From positions 107,138,001-107,202,000 of the forward strand of contig NC_086108.1 in the NCBI RefSeq assembly GCF_963921235.1: a DNA stretch of 64,000 bases, read 5' to 3'. The position numbers and the translations under genes were made by a program. Below are positions 62,835 through 64,000 of the stretch, piece after piece; positions within the stretch are counted from its first letter, which is position 1, and each line of letters begins with the position of its first letter. The notes beneath the pieces were generated by a model. That model saw only the letters and a program-made list of their open reading frames with translations, did no database searches and had not been told where the DNA came from. This DNA is from Mobula hypostoma. Its lineage: Eukaryota.

Positions 62835-64000
62835 AAAATCGAGGAATATAAAGAATGTAAAAAGAATCTTAAGAAAGAAATTAGAAAAGCTGAAAGAAAA
62901 TACGAGGTTCCTTTGGCAAGTAAGGTGAAAATAAATCCAAAGGGTTTCTACAGTTATATTAATAGCAAAAGGGTAGTGAGAGATAAAATTGGTCCCCTAG
63001 AGAATCAGAGTAGACAGTTATGTGTGGAAACAAAAGAGATAGGGGAGATTTTGAACAATTTCTTTTCTTCAGTATTCACTAAGGAGAAGGATATTGAATT
63101 GTGTAAGGTAAGGGAAACAGGTAGGGAAGTTATGGAAACTATGATGATTAAAGAAGAGGAAGTATTGGCGCTTTTAAGGAATATGAAAGTGGATAAGTCT
63201 CCGGGTCCTGACAGGATATTCCCTAGGACCTTGAGGGAAATTAGTGTAGAAATAGCAGGGGTTCTGACAGAAATATTTCAAATGTCATTAGAAACGGGGA
63301 TGGTGCCAGAGGATTGGTGTATTGCTCATGTTGTTCCATTGTTTAAAAAGGGTCCTAAGAGTAAACCTAGCAATTATCGGCCTTGAGTTTGACGTCAGTG
63401 GTGGGTAAATTGATGGAAACTATTCTTAGAGATGGTATAGATAATTATCTGGATAGACAGGGTCTGGTTAGGAACAGTCAACATGGATTTGTGCGTGGAA
63501 GGTCATGTTTGACAAATCTTATTGAATTTTTTGAAGAGGTTACTAGGAAAGTTGGCGAGGGTAAAGCGGTGGATGTCGTCTATATGGACTTCAGTAAGGC
63601 CTCTGATAAGGTTCCACACGGAAGGTTAGTTAGGAAGGTTCAATCGTTAGGTATTAATATTGAAGTAGTAAAATGGATTCAGCAGTGGCTGCATGGGAGA
63701 CGCCAGAGAGTAGTGGTGGATAACTGTGTGTCAGATTGGAAGCCGGTGACTAGTGGTGTGCCTCAGGGACCTGTACTGGGTCCAATGTTGTTTGTCATAT
63801 ACATTAATGATCTGGATGATGTGGTGGTAAATTGGATTAGTAAGTACACAGATGATACTAAGATAGGTGGCGTTGTGGATAATGAAGTAGGTTTTCAAAG
63901 TTTGCAGAGAGATTTAGGCCGGTTAGAAGAGTGTGCTGAAAGACGGTAGATGGAGTTTAATGCTGATAAATGTGAGGTGCTATATTTTGATAGGACTAAT
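62835..64000 (+). mobile_element. CR1-clade LINE RT region running off the window end
   Basis: ORFs 62913..63386 and 63383..63949 (YMDFSKASDKVPH, SGVPQG, KYTDD). Confidence 0.95.

Overview
Eukaryotic (vertebrate) genomic DNA that is almost entirely interspersed repeat. The mix of CR1-dominated LINEs, Rex1/Babar-like, RTE and L2 LINEs, tRNA-derived SINEs and Penelope-like elements suggests a cartilaginous fish; this is inferred from repeat content, not shown. No complete host gene is visible, only one weak candidate signal-peptide exon (55797-55879, minus). Main observations: (1) a young Neptune-type Penelope-like family (RT + GIY-YIG endonuclease) whose terminal repeat carries a minimal type I hammerhead ribozyme, present in about a dozen long and very short copies, including an 85-bp-arm foldback whose loop is exactly the ribozyme core; (2) a 404-bp TGT...ACA palindromic element made of LTR-like sequence with a perfect 5-bp target-site duplication (TSD); (3) a five-level nested insertion (Tc1 > hAT MITE > Rex1-like > Penelope > CR1) plus an RTE; (4) non-coding elements that start with an AAGATGGC(G) motif and end in LINE-type tails. 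Repeat boundaries were placed by eye and are approximate unless a junction or TSD is quoted. Family names come from recognised motifs, not database searches.
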